A stretch of 46,201 nucleotides of DNA. Origin: an uncultured bacterium (GTDB taxonomy: Bacteria > Actinomycetota > Acidimicrobiia > Spongiisociales > UBA4744). The position numbers were made by a program, and so were the translations under genes. The DNA is taken from NCBI GenBank assembly GCA_965549635.1, contig CBEVHI010000001.1:1-46201 (forward strand), in the 5' to 3' direction. Below, one piece after another: positions 18,976 through 28,328 of the stretch; position 1 is the first letter of the stretch, and every line of letters begins with the position of its first letter. The notes beneath the pieces were generated by a model. The model had not been told where the DNA came from, searched no databases, and worked only from the letters and a program-made list of their open reading frames with translations.

Positions 18976-19002
18976 GAGAGGGGCCCCGCAGGGGCCCCTC
19001 TC
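18976..19002. terminator. bidirectional intrinsic terminator hairpin between convergent gltA and the MMPL gene
   Basis: GAGAGGGGCCCC-GCA-GGGGCCCCTCTC is a perfect 12-bp GC-rich stem with a 3-nt loop. It lies in the 60-nt gap between two convergent stop codons. Confidence 0.65.
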
Positions 19003-19015
19003 TCGCGTGTGGTAC

Positions 19016-21568
19016 TTACTCGATGTAGCCGTGCGCCCGGAGACGCTCGCGATCGAATGTGGTGTCGCGGCGTTTGCGATGCCACGTATCCCACAGAGCC
19101 AGCATCGACGGCAGCACGAGAAGGGAGGCGATGAGGGCTGCACCGAGGGCGAACACCGTCACCTGGCCCATCTGCACCATGGGCTTGAGTGATGAAGTCA
19201 TGAGGATGCCGAAGCCGGCCATCGTCGTGAGTGCCGAACCTACGAGTGCCGCACCGGTGTGGCGGGCTGTGGAGCGGATGGCTTCTTCCTGGTCGTCGTA
19301 CCGTATGCGGTCTTCCTCGAAGCGATGCGTGACGTGGATGGTGAACGGCACACCGATCCCGATCGCCATGGCTGATAGCGTCGCCGTGACCGGGTTGAAG
19401 GAGATGCCGAACACCGCCATCATCCCGAATGTCCAGAGCACGACGAGCGCGACCGGGGCAATGGTGATCACCCCAAGGAACGGTCGCCGCGTCTCGAACC
19501 AGAAGTTGACGATCAACAGCAGCATCGCCACGAGGATCGCCACAAACAGGGAACGTACCTGCGAGCTGGAGAGCTTGTTGACGATGACCGCGGAGATGAT
19601 CTGTGTCGACGTCGGGATGGCCGACAGGCCGGCGTCATCGACGGGCGAGAAGTCTGCGTCGAGATTCTCAGCAAGCGTCGCAGCCCGCTCCTCACCTGCG
19701 CCGGTCTGGACGACGAACTGCGCGGCGGTGTAGCCCCCCGCCTCATCCTTGTGCAGGACCCTTCCCATCGCTTCGGGCGAAGCCGCCAGCGCTGCGTCAT
19801 AGATGGCCGCCACATCGGCGTTCGAAGCCACGCTCAGGTCCTCGCCGAGCCCGGCCTGGGTCGCCGGCTGCAGGAACGACGTGTTCCCTGAGCGAGCCAG
19901 GTCGGCGATCACTCCGAGGGGCGATTCGGCGGCGGCGAACCCACCGAACGTGGAAACATCGGGTGTGTCGGCAAGCTGGTTCCACGCCGTCTGCATTGCC
20001 TGGTAGGCCTCGGGAGTCGCAACGTCTCCCTTGATCAGCACGTTCGTCGACTCCCCGAAGCCTCCACCGAACTGTTCCTCGACCGTCTTGAACGCCTTCA
20101 CCGGCGCAGAGTCCTGGGGAAGGAAGTCGATGAAGCTGAACGTGGTCTTGAGTTGTGTCAGGCCGTAGGCGCCAAGGCCACCGAGGGCGAGGGCGATAAC
20201 CAGCGTCAACACCGGTACGCGTTCTGCGAGGACTGCAGTGCGGGCGGCGATCCGGGGCAGGGCACGTTCCTCCGTCCCTGCGACGAACGACTCTGGATAC
20301 AGCCGGTCGTGTTTCTCCGCCCGCCTGTCGAGCAAGAGTCGGATCGCCGGGAGCAGCGTCAGCATCAACACGAACGCTGCCACGATGCCCACCGAGGTGA
20401 GGATGCCGAAGTCTTTCAGACCGGGGATCGGAGAGATGAGGTTGGTGAGAAACCCGACAGCCGTGGTGAGGGTGGCCAGAACCAACGCGACCCCGACGGT
20501 ACTGATCGCCCGCGTGGAGGCGTCGGCAACCGACTTCCCCGAAGCGATCTCTTCGCGATAGCGTCCGGTGAGATGGATGGCGTAGTCGACGCCCAGTCCG
20601 ATCAACAAGATGGGGATGATCTGGGTGATCTCATTGAGGTCCCCGACCCATCCCAGGTACTTCGGACCGAGGAGCACCGCTGAGCCCTGCATCCAGACGA
20701 TCGCCGTCATGATCACCAGCAGGGTGAGCGCGACGTCTGCGGCGGTGCGCCGAAGGCCACCTCCGGCCTTCCGGCCGCCGCGTGGTCGTACGAAGTAGAC
20801 GTACCCGAGAATGAGCAGAATGATGACGAACGCACCGAGGAACAGGCGCCCGACCTCTTTGGTGAAGTCGAAGTCGTTCCCGAAGAGCAGCAGCATGCTG
20901 AATGCCTGGACACCGGTCTGGTCGGAGGCCTGGGCCTCGGCAATCTTGGCGATGTCCTGCTCCGTCTGCACGACACCGGTGAAATCGTCTCCAGAGCTCG
21001 ACAGCGTCGAGAGGTCCAGGAATACGACGACCAGCCCTGCCGGTGCCGTTGCCTGCTCGAGGTTCCCTTGGGAGGAGGCGAGAGCCCGCAGATAGTCGGC
21101 CTGCCCGGGAGCCGCCTGCTGCAGGCTCACTTCGTACAGTTGGTCAACCTGGGCGTCGGTCAGTGTGTCCACCTGCATGCCTTGCATGGCCGCTGCCTGC
21201 AGCACTCCACCGAGGTAGGAAACGACTCCGGATCGGTCCGACCTGTCGGAGATGTAGGCGGCAGCATCGCTCGACCGGATCGCCGACTCGACTGCCGCAA
21301 CGACACGAGCACCGTCCGCCCCGATGACATCGTCGCCGGTCAAGATGATCTGCATCACCTGCTCGTTGCTCCCGGTCGAGAAGAGCTGCTGGATCTCCTC
21401 CGAGGCAGCGATCTCTGGAGTGTCCGGAGCGAAGCCTTCCTGACCGACCGTGACCTCCGCCTGACCTGCGAAGCTGCCGAGCACAGCGGTGACCGCAAGA
21501 ACGATCACGAACGTCCACCAGGGCCGGCGTCGCACGGCCGCCGAGATGAGTGCCACAAGACTTTTCAT
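19016..21568 (-). CDS. MMPL/RND-superfamily membrane transporter
   Basis: 850 aa. Architecture is an N-terminal TM, a large soluble loop, a TM bundle, a second loop and a second TM bundle. Each bundle contains the pattern G.DY..H, typical of MMPL proteins. Confidence 0.85.
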   Translation of the reverse strand: MKSLVALISAAVRRRPWWTFVIVLAVTAVLGSFAGQAEVTVGQEGFAPDTPEIAASEEIQQLFSTGSNEQVMQIILTGDDVIGADGARVVAAVESAIRSSDAAAYISDRSDRSGVVSYLGGVLQAAAMQGMQVDTLTDAQVDQLYEVSLQQAAPGQADYLRALASSQGNLEQATAPAGLVVVFLDLSTLSSSGDDFTGVVQTEQDIAKIAEAQASDQTGVQAFSMLLLFGNDFDFTKEVGRLFLGAFVIILLILGYVYFVRPRGGRKAGGGLRRTAADVALTLLVIMTAIVWMQGSAVLLGPKYLGWVGDLNEITQIIPILLIGLGVDYAIHLTGRYREEIASGKSVADASTRAISTVGVALVLATLTTAVGFLTNLISPIPGLKDFGILTSVGIVAAFVLMLTLLPAIRLLLDRRAEKHDRLYPESFVAGTEERALPRIAARTAVLAERVPVLTLVIALALGGLGAYGLTQLKTTFSFIDFLPQDSAPVKAFKTVEEQFGGGFGESTNVLIKGDVATPEAYQAMQTAWNQLADTPDVSTFGGFAAAESPLGVIADLARSGNTSFLQPATQAGLGEDLSVASNADVAAIYDAALAASPEAMGRVLHKDEAGGYTAAQFVVQTGAGEERAATLAENLDADFSPVDDAGLSAIPTSTQIISAVIVNKLSSSQVRSLFVAILVAMLLLIVNFWFETRRPFLGVITIAPVALVVLWTFGMMAVFGISFNPVTATLSAMAIGIGVPFTIHVTHRFEEDRIRYDDQEEAIRSTARHTGAALVGSALTTMAGFGILMTSSLKPMVQMGQVTVFALGAALIASLLVLPSMLALWDTWHRKRRDTTFDRERLRAHGYIE

Positions 21569-21652
21569 TGAAGTTCCTTCGGGGTTGTCGACGAGGTGAC
21601 GGAAAGCCTATGCGCAGCTCACGTGTAGGTGAAATTGAGCTTCCGCTTCTCC

Positions 21653-23578
21653 TCAGCGGGGAGGTGTGACGAGCGAGACCAGCCGTTCACGGGCTTGTTC
21701 CAGCGGCACGCCTCGCTCCTCACGTTCGGCGGAGTAGAGGCGCAGCCCCACCGTCCGGGAGTCGACGTCGCGATCTCCCACAACGAGCACGGCCGGATCC
21801 TTCATCGACAGCGCTCGCCGGATCTTCTCTCCCACCGTCTCTTGACTGTCGTCGACTACCGCCCTGACCCCCTCACTGCGCAGGTCCCTCGCAACTTCGT
21901 TCGCATAGTCGAGGTGTCGGTCGGCGACAGGCACGATCGCGGCCTGCACCGGCGCCAGCCAAGCCGGAAAGGCACCGGCATAGTGTTCGACGAGGATCCC
22001 GAAGAACCGTTCGACCGAACCAAAGAGCGCCCGGTGGATCATGACGGGACGATCGTGCGTGTTCGCGGCACTGGCGAACTCGACGTCGAACCGTTCCGGA
22101 AGCGAGAAGTCCACCTGGATGGTGGAGAGCTGCCACCGGCGTCCGATTGCGTCCTTGATATGGACGTCGATCTTGGGACCGTAGAACGCACCGTCACCCT
22201 CGGCCACCGTGTACTCGAGGTCGGCCGCCTGCAAGGCTTTCGCGAGCGAGTCGGTGGCCAGATCCCACAACTCCGGTTCGCCGACGTACTTGTCGGGGCG
22301 CGTCGAAAGCTCGGCTTCGAACTCGGTGAACCCGAAGTCGCGCAGGACCATGAGCACGAAGTCGAGCAGACCCTGAAGCTCGGCACCGATTTGGTCCCTC
22401 GAACAGAAGATGTGACTGTCATCCTGGGTGAAGCCTCGCGCCCTCAGAAGGCCATGCACCACACCGGAACGTTCGTACCGGTACACGGTTCCGAGTTCGA
22501 ACAGACGCAGTGGAAGCTCCCGGTAGGACCGGCTGCGGCTCTTGAAGATGAGCACATGGAATGGGCAGTTCATCGGCTTGACGTAGTACGGATCGCCATG
22601 ATCGAGTTCCATCGCCGGATACATACTCTCGGCATAGAAGCCCAGATGCCCCGACGTCTCCCAGAGGTTCGCCTTCGCGACATGCGGAGTAACGACGAGC
22701 TCATAGCCGCCCGACATGTGGACTCTCCGGCTGTAGTCCTCGATCACCTTCCTCATGATCCCGCCTTTGGGATGCCATACGGCGAGTCCGGACCCGAGTT
22801 CTGGTGGGAAGGAGAACAGGTCGAGTTCGGCTCCGAGCTTGCGATGATCTCGACGTTCGGCTTCCTCCAGCCGATCGAGGTAAGCCTGGAGTGCCTTCTT
22901 GCTCTCCCAGGCCGTGCCGTAGATGCGCTGCAATTGCGGGCGGTGTTCGTCTCCCCTCCAGTACGCACCAGCGGATCGCAGCAGCTTGTACGCGGCGACT
23001 CCACCTGTTGAAGGAAGGTGCGGACCCCGGCAGAGATCGACGAAGCCGTCATTGCGATAGATCGTGATCACCGCTCCGAGCTCCGATTCGTCAACGCTTT
23101 CGATGATTTCCCGTTTGAAAGGTTGGTCGGCGAATAGCTCCAGTGCCTCGGACTCCGAAACCTCCTCACGCACAAAGGCCTGGTCTTCGGCGACGATCTC
23201 GGCCATCCGAGCCTCGATCCGCTCCAGGTCCTCGCCGGTGAAAGGCCGGCCGATATCGAAGTCGTAGTAGAAGCCATCCTCGATGGACGGCCCGATCGCG
23301 AACCGGGCACCCTCGAACAGTGACAGCACCGCCTGCGCCATCACATGGGCGGCAGAGTGGCGCAACACTCCCCTACCCGTCTCCGTGTCCCCCTTGACGA
23401 TCTCCAACTTCCCTCCGTGAGGGAGTGGCCGGCTCAGATCCAGGAGAACACCGTCGAGCTTGACCGCAACCGCCGCGGCAGCCAGCCGGCGACCGATGCT
23501 CGTCGCCACATCCATCCCCGTCGAACCGTCGGGAAAGGAGCGGGTGGATGCGTCGGGGAACTCGATTTCTATGGACAC
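21653..23578 (-). CDS. thrS: threonine--tRNA ligase
   Basis: 641 aa. It has an N-terminal TGS domain, an editing domain (HSAAHVMA), class II core motifs (FRDE-like, GFTQDD.HIF) and an anticodon-binding C-terminus. GTG start. Confidence 0.97.
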   Translation of the reverse strand: MSIEIEFPDASTRSFPDGSTGMDVATSIGRRLAAAAVAVKLDGVLLDLSRPLPHGGKLEIVKGDTETGRGVLRHSAAHVMAQAVLSLFEGARFAIGPSIEDGFYYDFDIGRPFTGEDLERIEARMAEIVAEDQAFVREEVSESEALELFADQPFKREIIESVDESELGAVITIYRNDGFVDLCRGPHLPSTGGVAAYKLLRSAGAYWRGDEHRPQLQRIYGTAWESKKALQAYLDRLEEAERRDHRKLGAELDLFSFPPELGSGLAVWHPKGGIMRKVIEDYSRRVHMSGGYELVVTPHVAKANLWETSGHLGFYAESMYPAMELDHGDPYYVKPMNCPFHVLIFKSRSRSYRELPLRLFELGTVYRYERSGVVHGLLRARGFTQDDSHIFCSRDQIGAELQGLLDFVLMVLRDFGFTEFEAELSTRPDKYVGEPELWDLATDSLAKALQAADLEYTVAEGDGAFYGPKIDVHIKDAIGRRWQLSTIQVDFSLPERFDVEFASAANTHDRPVMIHRALFGSVERFFGILVEHYAGAFPAWLAPVQAAIVPVADRHLDYANEVARDLRSEGVRAVVDDSQETVGEKIRRALSMKDPAVLVVGDRDVDSRTVGLRLYSAEREERGVPLEQARERLVSLVTPPR

Positions 23579-23704
23579 GCTGACCTTCTTCTCGTTGTGA
23601 CCGCTCTCACCAGGCCTGGGCAGGTCGGCAAGATGCGATCCTTGTGCGCCTGTTTGGTGTAGCGTAAACGACGCCGGCGCAGTTGCCGACGGATTAGGGG
23701 ACGT

Positions 23705-24529
23705 GTGAAGCCCAGAGACATAGCACTCCGACTCGCCGACGGCGGAAGTGTGAACCAGCTGTCGTCCGGTGCCAACAACGTGTTCCGAGTACGGACCTCA
23801 GATGGACAGACATCGGTCCTCAAGGTGTACGGCTCGTCCTCCTATGAACGCAGGGAGCGCCGAGCCCTCGATGCTCTGGCAGGGATCGACGGGTTGCCAA
23901 CGATCCTCGAGCGTGGCTCGACGGACGAAACCTACTGGGTACGGTTCACCGATGCCGGCAAGTGGACGCTGGCGGCGATCCCTGGAGATGCGAAAGCAGC
24001 CGGGAAGGCCGGTGCACTGCTGCGGGCACTCCATGAGGCTGACCACTCGCAGCTTTCGAACCTCGAAGCCGGAATCGACTCCGAGTGGATGCGCACCGCG
24101 ATCAGGGGGAACTTCGCCAGGCTCGAGCGTTACCGGCGCCGCCTCAAGATTCCGTCTTCGGTATTCGAGCACGCCGCCGATCTCGGATTCCCATCGACCG
24201 GCCCTCCGCGCGCCTGCCACACAAGGCCGGGACCGGAGGCGTTCGTCATCGACGATGACGGGCGTGTCACGTTGACCGGCTGGACCTGGGCAACGTTGGC
24301 CCCGCCAGAGTGGGACTACACGTTCGTGTTCTGGCAGCTCTCACGCAGGGCGAGTGCAGCGGTGGATTCATTCTCGGAGGGATACGGGGCGACGGTCGCG
24401 GGGGAAGTCCTGAGGGCGTGGTTTGCGTTCCACATCTCGGCAACTCTGCTTCGCCAGGCCGAGATGAGAGACGGCCGTCTCGACGACCTCGGTCCCTTCG
24501 TGGACCAGCTCGTCGAGGCTATCGGCTGA
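23705..24529 (+). CDS. aminoglycoside phosphotransferase (APH)/choline-kinase-fold protein, probably catalytically inactive
   Basis: 274 aa. The N-lobe is kinase-like (VFRV...SVLKVYG with the beta3 Lys, then RE..AL). Where the family has H.D....N and DWE/DFG, this protein has HTRPGPEAF and TGWTWA. Confidence 0.65.
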   Translation: MKPRDIALRLADGGSVNQLSSGANNVFRVRTSDGQTSVLKVYGSSSYERRERRALDALAGIDGLPTILERGSTDETYWVRFTDAGKWTLAAIPGDAKAAGKAGALLRALHEADHSQLSNLEAGIDSEWMRTAIRGNFARLERYRRRLKIPSSVFEHAADLGFPSTGPPRACHTRPGPEAFVIDDDGRVTLTGWTWATLAPPEWDYTFVFWQLSRRASAAVDSFSEGYGATVAGEVLRAWFAFHISATLLRQAEMRDGRLDDLGPFVDQLVEAIG

Positions 24530-24661
24530 CCGCGCGCAACGGAGATCGGGCCGGCGCAGCACGACCCGACCGTTGGTCCTCGGTGTCAGCGGTCCAGAGG
24601 TCGCGAAATCCTTCCTTCCAGGGCGTTTGCTTCATACACTTCCGGAGAGAGAGGAGATCCT

Positions 24662-24886
24662 ATGGTGCAACTGCTGGTAGCCGCCTCGCTCATCACGGCG
24701 CTCGTCGTACTGGCCGGCCGGCAGTTCCGTGACAACGGAGATGGGTTCGCCTTCGAAGCAGGCGCATGGGCTGAGGCATATCGATCAGCGACCGAGCTTC
24801 CGTGTCCTTGGTGCGGGGCCGATACCAACGAATCCGATCGCGCCTGTCCGAGTTGCCACCGGCCGTTCGGAGCGACCGTCGGGTAA
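24662..24886 (+). CDS. small membrane-anchored zinc-ribbon protein (hypothetical)
   Basis: 74 aa. Strong RBS (GAGAGGAG) precedes the ATG. It has an N-terminal TM helix (LLVAASLITALVVLA) and a C-terminal CPWC...CPSC four-Cys ribbon. Confidence 0.5.
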   Translation: MVQLLVAASLITALVVLAGRQFRDNGDGFAFEAGAWAEAYRSATELPCPWCGADTNESDRACPSCHRPFGATVG

Positions 24887-24918
24887 CACGCGATCACCGA
24901 GCGACGATCCTGCCGGTA

Positions 24919-25875
24919 GTGTTGCAGGCTGTGAGCAGAGTCGGACTTGTCCTCGGCGGTGGCGGTGTCACCGGAGCCTCCTATCACATGGCAGCGCTCC
25001 TGGCGCTGCAGATGGCCACTGGATGGGCGCCAGATGCAGCCGATGTCGTGGTCGGGACCTCTGCCGGTGCGTTCGCGGCATCGATCGTTCGGTCACAGGC
25101 CCTGTCGCTCGACTCGATCGTCAAGCCCGGGGAGCGACAAGAGGATGTGGCGGACCGGATCCGTTCCTGGGTCTATCGCAAGAGCCGCTTCCGTGGAGTC
25201 GGCCGTTGGATGCGCCGGGGAATCGTCCCCAGCATCCGGCATCCAGGACTGACTGCCGTCCTTGGCGCTCCAGGACGGTACGACGCAGCAGGCATTGGAG
25301 ACTGGGTGGCAGCGCAGGCGCCCGAGGTCGCCCCCACATGGCCCGAACGACCTACCGTCATCGTCGCCTATGACCTCGAAGAACGAAGAAGGGTTGCCTT
25401 CGGCACCCTGAATGCCCCCGACGTGGCTCTGCGCGACGCGGTGGCTGCATCCTCGGCGGTGCCGATCGTGTTCTCTCCCTACGAAATCAAGGGGAAAAGC
25501 TACGTCGACGGCGGCGTCGTCTCCGGAACGAACGCCGATCTCGTGCTCGGCAATCCGCAACCTCTCGACTTGCTGCTCGTCCTTGCCCCGATGGCCGCGG
25601 AAGAGCAGCGCAGCCGCGCCCGCTTCTACGAACAGATCTTCGATCGCGTCGGTCGCTCCGCGCTGCATGACGAGCTGGTAGCAATCGCCTCTGCATGGCC
25701 GGCGACCGACACACTCGTGCTGCGTCCCACACCCGCCGTGCTGGCGGTGATGCGCCCAAACCCGATGGATCCCAACCAGGCGGTTCCCACCTTTGTGAGA
25801 ACCCTTGCCTCCCTACGGACGAAGCTCGCCGCCCCTGAGGTCTGGCAGGTTCTCGAACGTCATCTCGTCGCCTGA
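24919..25875 (+). CDS. patatin-like phospholipase
   Basis: Contains the oxyanion loop [11 protein letters not shown], the nucleophile elbow GTSAG and the catalytic Asp motif YVDGG. The track start at 24802 overlaps the previous gene. A GTG/TTG start at 24919-24931 is more likely. Confidence 0.85.
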   Translation: MLQAVSRVGLVLGGGGVTGASYHMAALLALQMATGWAPDAADVVVGTSAGAFAASIVRSQALSLDSIVKPGERQEDVADRIRSWVYRKSRFRGVGRWMRRGIVPSIRHPGLTAVLGAPGRYDAAGIGDWVAAQAPEVAPTWPERPTVIVAYDLEERRRVAFGTLNAPDVALRDAVAASSAVPIVFSPYEIKGKSYVDGGVVSGTNADLVLGNPQPLDLLLVLAPMAAEEQRSRARFYEQIFDRVGRSALHDELVAIASAWPATDTLVLRPTPAVLAVMRPNPMDPNQAVPTFVRTLASLRTKLAAPEVWQVLERHLVA

Positions 25876-26861
25876 ACCGAGTCCAATTCCCCAAAGAGCC
25901 GGTCCTTCTCCCCCGCAGAGACGAACGCCGCTTCGATCGAGTTCCGAGCAAGCGCGATGAGGTCCTCCCTCGTCAGCTGGAGAGAAGACTCCGCCGCCAG
26001 ATAGTTGTCGAGCAGGTAGCCACCGAAGTAGGCGGGATCATCCGAGTTGATCGTCACCAAGGCGCCGGCGTCCAGAAGCCTCTTCAGATTGTGCTCCTGC
26101 ATGCTGTCGAACACGTGGAGACGTACGTTCGACAGTGGGCACATCGTGAGGGGGATGCGTTCGGAGATGACACGCTGCAGCAGAGCCGGGTCCTCCTCGA
26201 TCCGGACCCCATGATCGATCCGTTCAACGCCGAGAACGTCGAGCGCCTGTCGTATGTACTCCGGCGGTCCTTCCTCTCCGGCGTGGGCAACCAGGCGCAG
26301 TTCTTCACGACGGGCCCGGTCGAAGACGCCACGGAACAAGACGGGGGGGCGGCCCCGCTCGGATGAGTCGAGACCGACACCCACGATCCAAGACCGATAC
26401 CGGAGCCCGTCCTCGAGCGTCTCCATCGCCTCCTCGGGACTGAGGTGCCTCAGGAACGACAGAATGAGTCCTGCGGAAACCCCGAGTTCTCGAGCATCCT
26501 CGATCGCGCGATGCAGACCGGTGATCACCGTCGAGAAGGGGATCCCCCTCGCGGTGTGCGTCTGGGGATCGAAGAAGATCTCTGCGCGACGCACCCCGTC
26601 GGCAGCTGCACGCTGGAGGTAGGCCAAGGCGAGGTCGTAGAAGTCCTGCTCGGTGCGAACGGCGGCGGCAGTCTGGTAGTAGACGTCGAGAAAGGACTGC
26701 AGATCGCTGAATTCGTAGGCGGCGCGGAGCTCTTGAACCGAAGCAAAGGGGAGATCCACGTCGTTCTTCTCGGCCATCGCCAGGGCCATCTCAGGCTCGA
26801 GGGAGCCTTCTATATGGATGTGCATCTCGGTCTTGGGGAGGGCTCTCACAAAGTCGTCCAT
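25860..26861 (-). CDS. adenosine-deaminase-superfamily enzyme, adenine-deaminase (ADE) type
   Basis: 333 aa. N-terminus [17 protein letters not shown] resembles the fungal/bacterial adenine deaminase branch. The fold carries a later HAGE and a C-terminal SDDP metal/catalytic motif ([10 protein letters not shown]). Confidence 0.88.
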   Translation of the reverse strand: MDDFVRALPKTEMHIHIEGSLEPEMALAMAEKNDVDLPFASVQELRAAYEFSDLQSFLDVYYQTAAAVRTEQDFYDLALAYLQRAAADGVRRAEIFFDPQTHTARGIPFSTVITGLHRAIEDARELGVSAGLILSFLRHLSPEEAMETLEDGLRYRSWIVGVGLDSSERGRPPVLFRGVFDRARREELRLVAHAGEEGPPEYIRQALDVLGVERIDHGVRIEEDPALLQRVISERIPLTMCPLSNVRLHVFDSMQEHNLKRLLDAGALVTINSDDPAYFGGYLLDNYLAAESSLQLTREDLIALARNSIEAAFVSAGEKDRLFGELDSVQATR

Positions 26862-26962
26862 CGCTCTCCTATTCCCGGTTCCGGCCAGACTACGCCGGTA
26901 CGATACGAATGTGGAAAACCACGCTGTCGGTCAAGCCCCAACACGATAGGAACGACCACGCC

Positions 26963-28321
26963 ATGTCTGGGACTCTCCTCGTCAAACACGCATCCGTTCT
27001 CGTCACCATGGATGAGCATCGACGGGAGATCTCTGACGGCGCGCTGTTCGCCCGGGACGGATGGATCGAACAGGTGGGAGCAACCGCCGAGCTTCCGTCT
27101 ACCGCCGATGAAGTCATTGACGCCTCAGGGCACATCGTCATCCCCGGTCTGATCAACACTCACCATCACCTCTACCAGACCTTGACGCGAGCACTCCCTG
27201 GCACACAGGACGCCGAGCTTTTTCCATGGCTCCAGACCCTCTACCCGGTATGGGAGAGGATCAGACCCGACGACGTGAGGGTCTCTGCCGAAGTCGGTCT
27301 CACCGAACTGGCTATGAGTGGCTGCACGACCACTTCGGATCATCTCTACCTGTTCCCCAACGGCAGCCGACTCGACGACGAGATCGAAGCCGCCAGAAGG
27401 GTGGGGCTGCGTTTCCATGCCGCACGCGGATCGATGAGTCTCGGTGAGAGCGATGGCGGGCTTCCCCCCGACTCGGTTGTCGAAGATGAGGACACGATCC
27501 TTGACGACACCAGGAGGGTGATCGAGACGTACCACGATGGCGAACCCGGCTCCCTGCTCCGGATCGTGGTGGCGCCGTGTTCACCATTCTCGGTGACGAC
27601 GGCAGCCATGCGCGAGTCCGCAGAGCTTGCTCGCTCCTACGGAGTGTCACTCCACACGCACCTCGCTGAAACGTTCGACGAGGAGGCGTTCTGCAGGGCG
27701 CAGTTCGGGCTCGATCCCGTTGCCTATGCCGAGAGTGTGGGATGGGTCGGCGAGGACGTTTGGTTCGCCCATGGCGTCCACATCGATGACGCCGGCATCG
27801 CCCTCATGGCCCGAACCGGAACCGGGGTGGCCCACTGTCCGGCCTCCAACATGCGTCTCGGGTCGGGCATCGCTCCTGTTGCCGAGTATCTGGACACCGG
27901 TGTTCGGGTCGGACTCGGTGTCGATGGCTCGGCGTCCAATGACGGCAACGACCTGCTCGGAGAGGCACGGCTCGCGATGCTCCTGGCCAGGGTTCTCCAT
28001 GGTGAGCGGCCCCTCCTCGGTGTGCGCACAGCCCTCGAAATCGCCACTCTCGGCGGCGCTGCCGTCCTTGGCCGCGAAGACATCGGCTCCCTGGCGACCG
28101 GCAAGACCGCCGACTTCGCGGCCTTCGACCTCAACCGTATCGAGTATGCAGGCGCCGGCGAGGATCCGGTTGCCGGCCTGCTCCTGTGCGCTCCCACCCG
28201 GGCCGTCTACACGTATGTCCATGGGCGAGCCGTCGTTCACGAGGGCAGACCGGTCGGCGTCGAAATCGAACCCCTCATCGAGGAGCACTCCAAGGCAGCT
28301 CACCGTCTCGTTGCTGGATAG
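26963..28321 (+). CDS. amidohydrolase of the 8-oxoguanine deaminase / guanine deaminase / SsnA group
   Basis: N-terminus LLVKHASVLVTMDEHRREI.DG.L...DG.I..VG, the metal motif GLINTHHHLYQTLTRA, and later HLAET and HGVH. Start set to ATG 26963. Confidence 0.85.
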   Translation: MSGTLLVKHASVLVTMDEHRREISDGALFARDGWIEQVGATAELPSTADEVIDASGHIVIPGLINTHHHLYQTLTRALPGTQDAELFPWLQTLYPVWERIRPDDVRVSAEVGLTELAMSGCTTTSDHLYLFPNGSRLDDEIEAARRVGLRFHAARGSMSLGESDGGLPPDSVVEDEDTILDDTRRVIETYHDGEPGSLLRIVVAPCSPFSVTTAAMRESAELARSYGVSLHTHLAETFDEEAFCRAQFGLDPVAYAESVGWVGEDVWFAHGVHIDDAGIALMARTGTGVAHCPASNMRLGSGIAPVAEYLDTGVRVGLGVDGSASNDGNDLLGEARLAMLLARVLHGERPLLGVRTALEIATLGGAAVLGREDIGSLATGKTADFAAFDLNRIEYAGAGEDPVAGLLLCAPTRAVYTYVHGRAVVHEGRPVGVEIEPLIEEHSKAAHRLVAG

Positions 28322-28328
28322 CGCTCCG

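Noticed and set aside
21629-23011. 460-aa plus-strand ORF antisense to thrS
   Set aside because: Shadow ORF with no motifs; thrS on the minus strand is certain.
23579-23704. T-box or other leader upstream of thrS
   Set aside because: Only about 126 nt are shared with a divergent gene, which is too short for a T-box. I found no specifier-loop/T-box sequence or terminator/antiterminator pair.
24919-25875. Patatin gene as a CBASS-type defence effector
   Set aside because: No cyclase/nucleotidyltransferase, Cap accessory genes or other recognised defence partners are adjacent. Patatin alone is insufficient evidence.
26891-26912. TACGA-containing sequence as a fourth copy of the heptad element
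   Set aside because: It has only two to three TAC units with 8- and 5-nt spacing, not 7-nt phasing. That is too weak to count; it is mentioned only as a loose resemblance.
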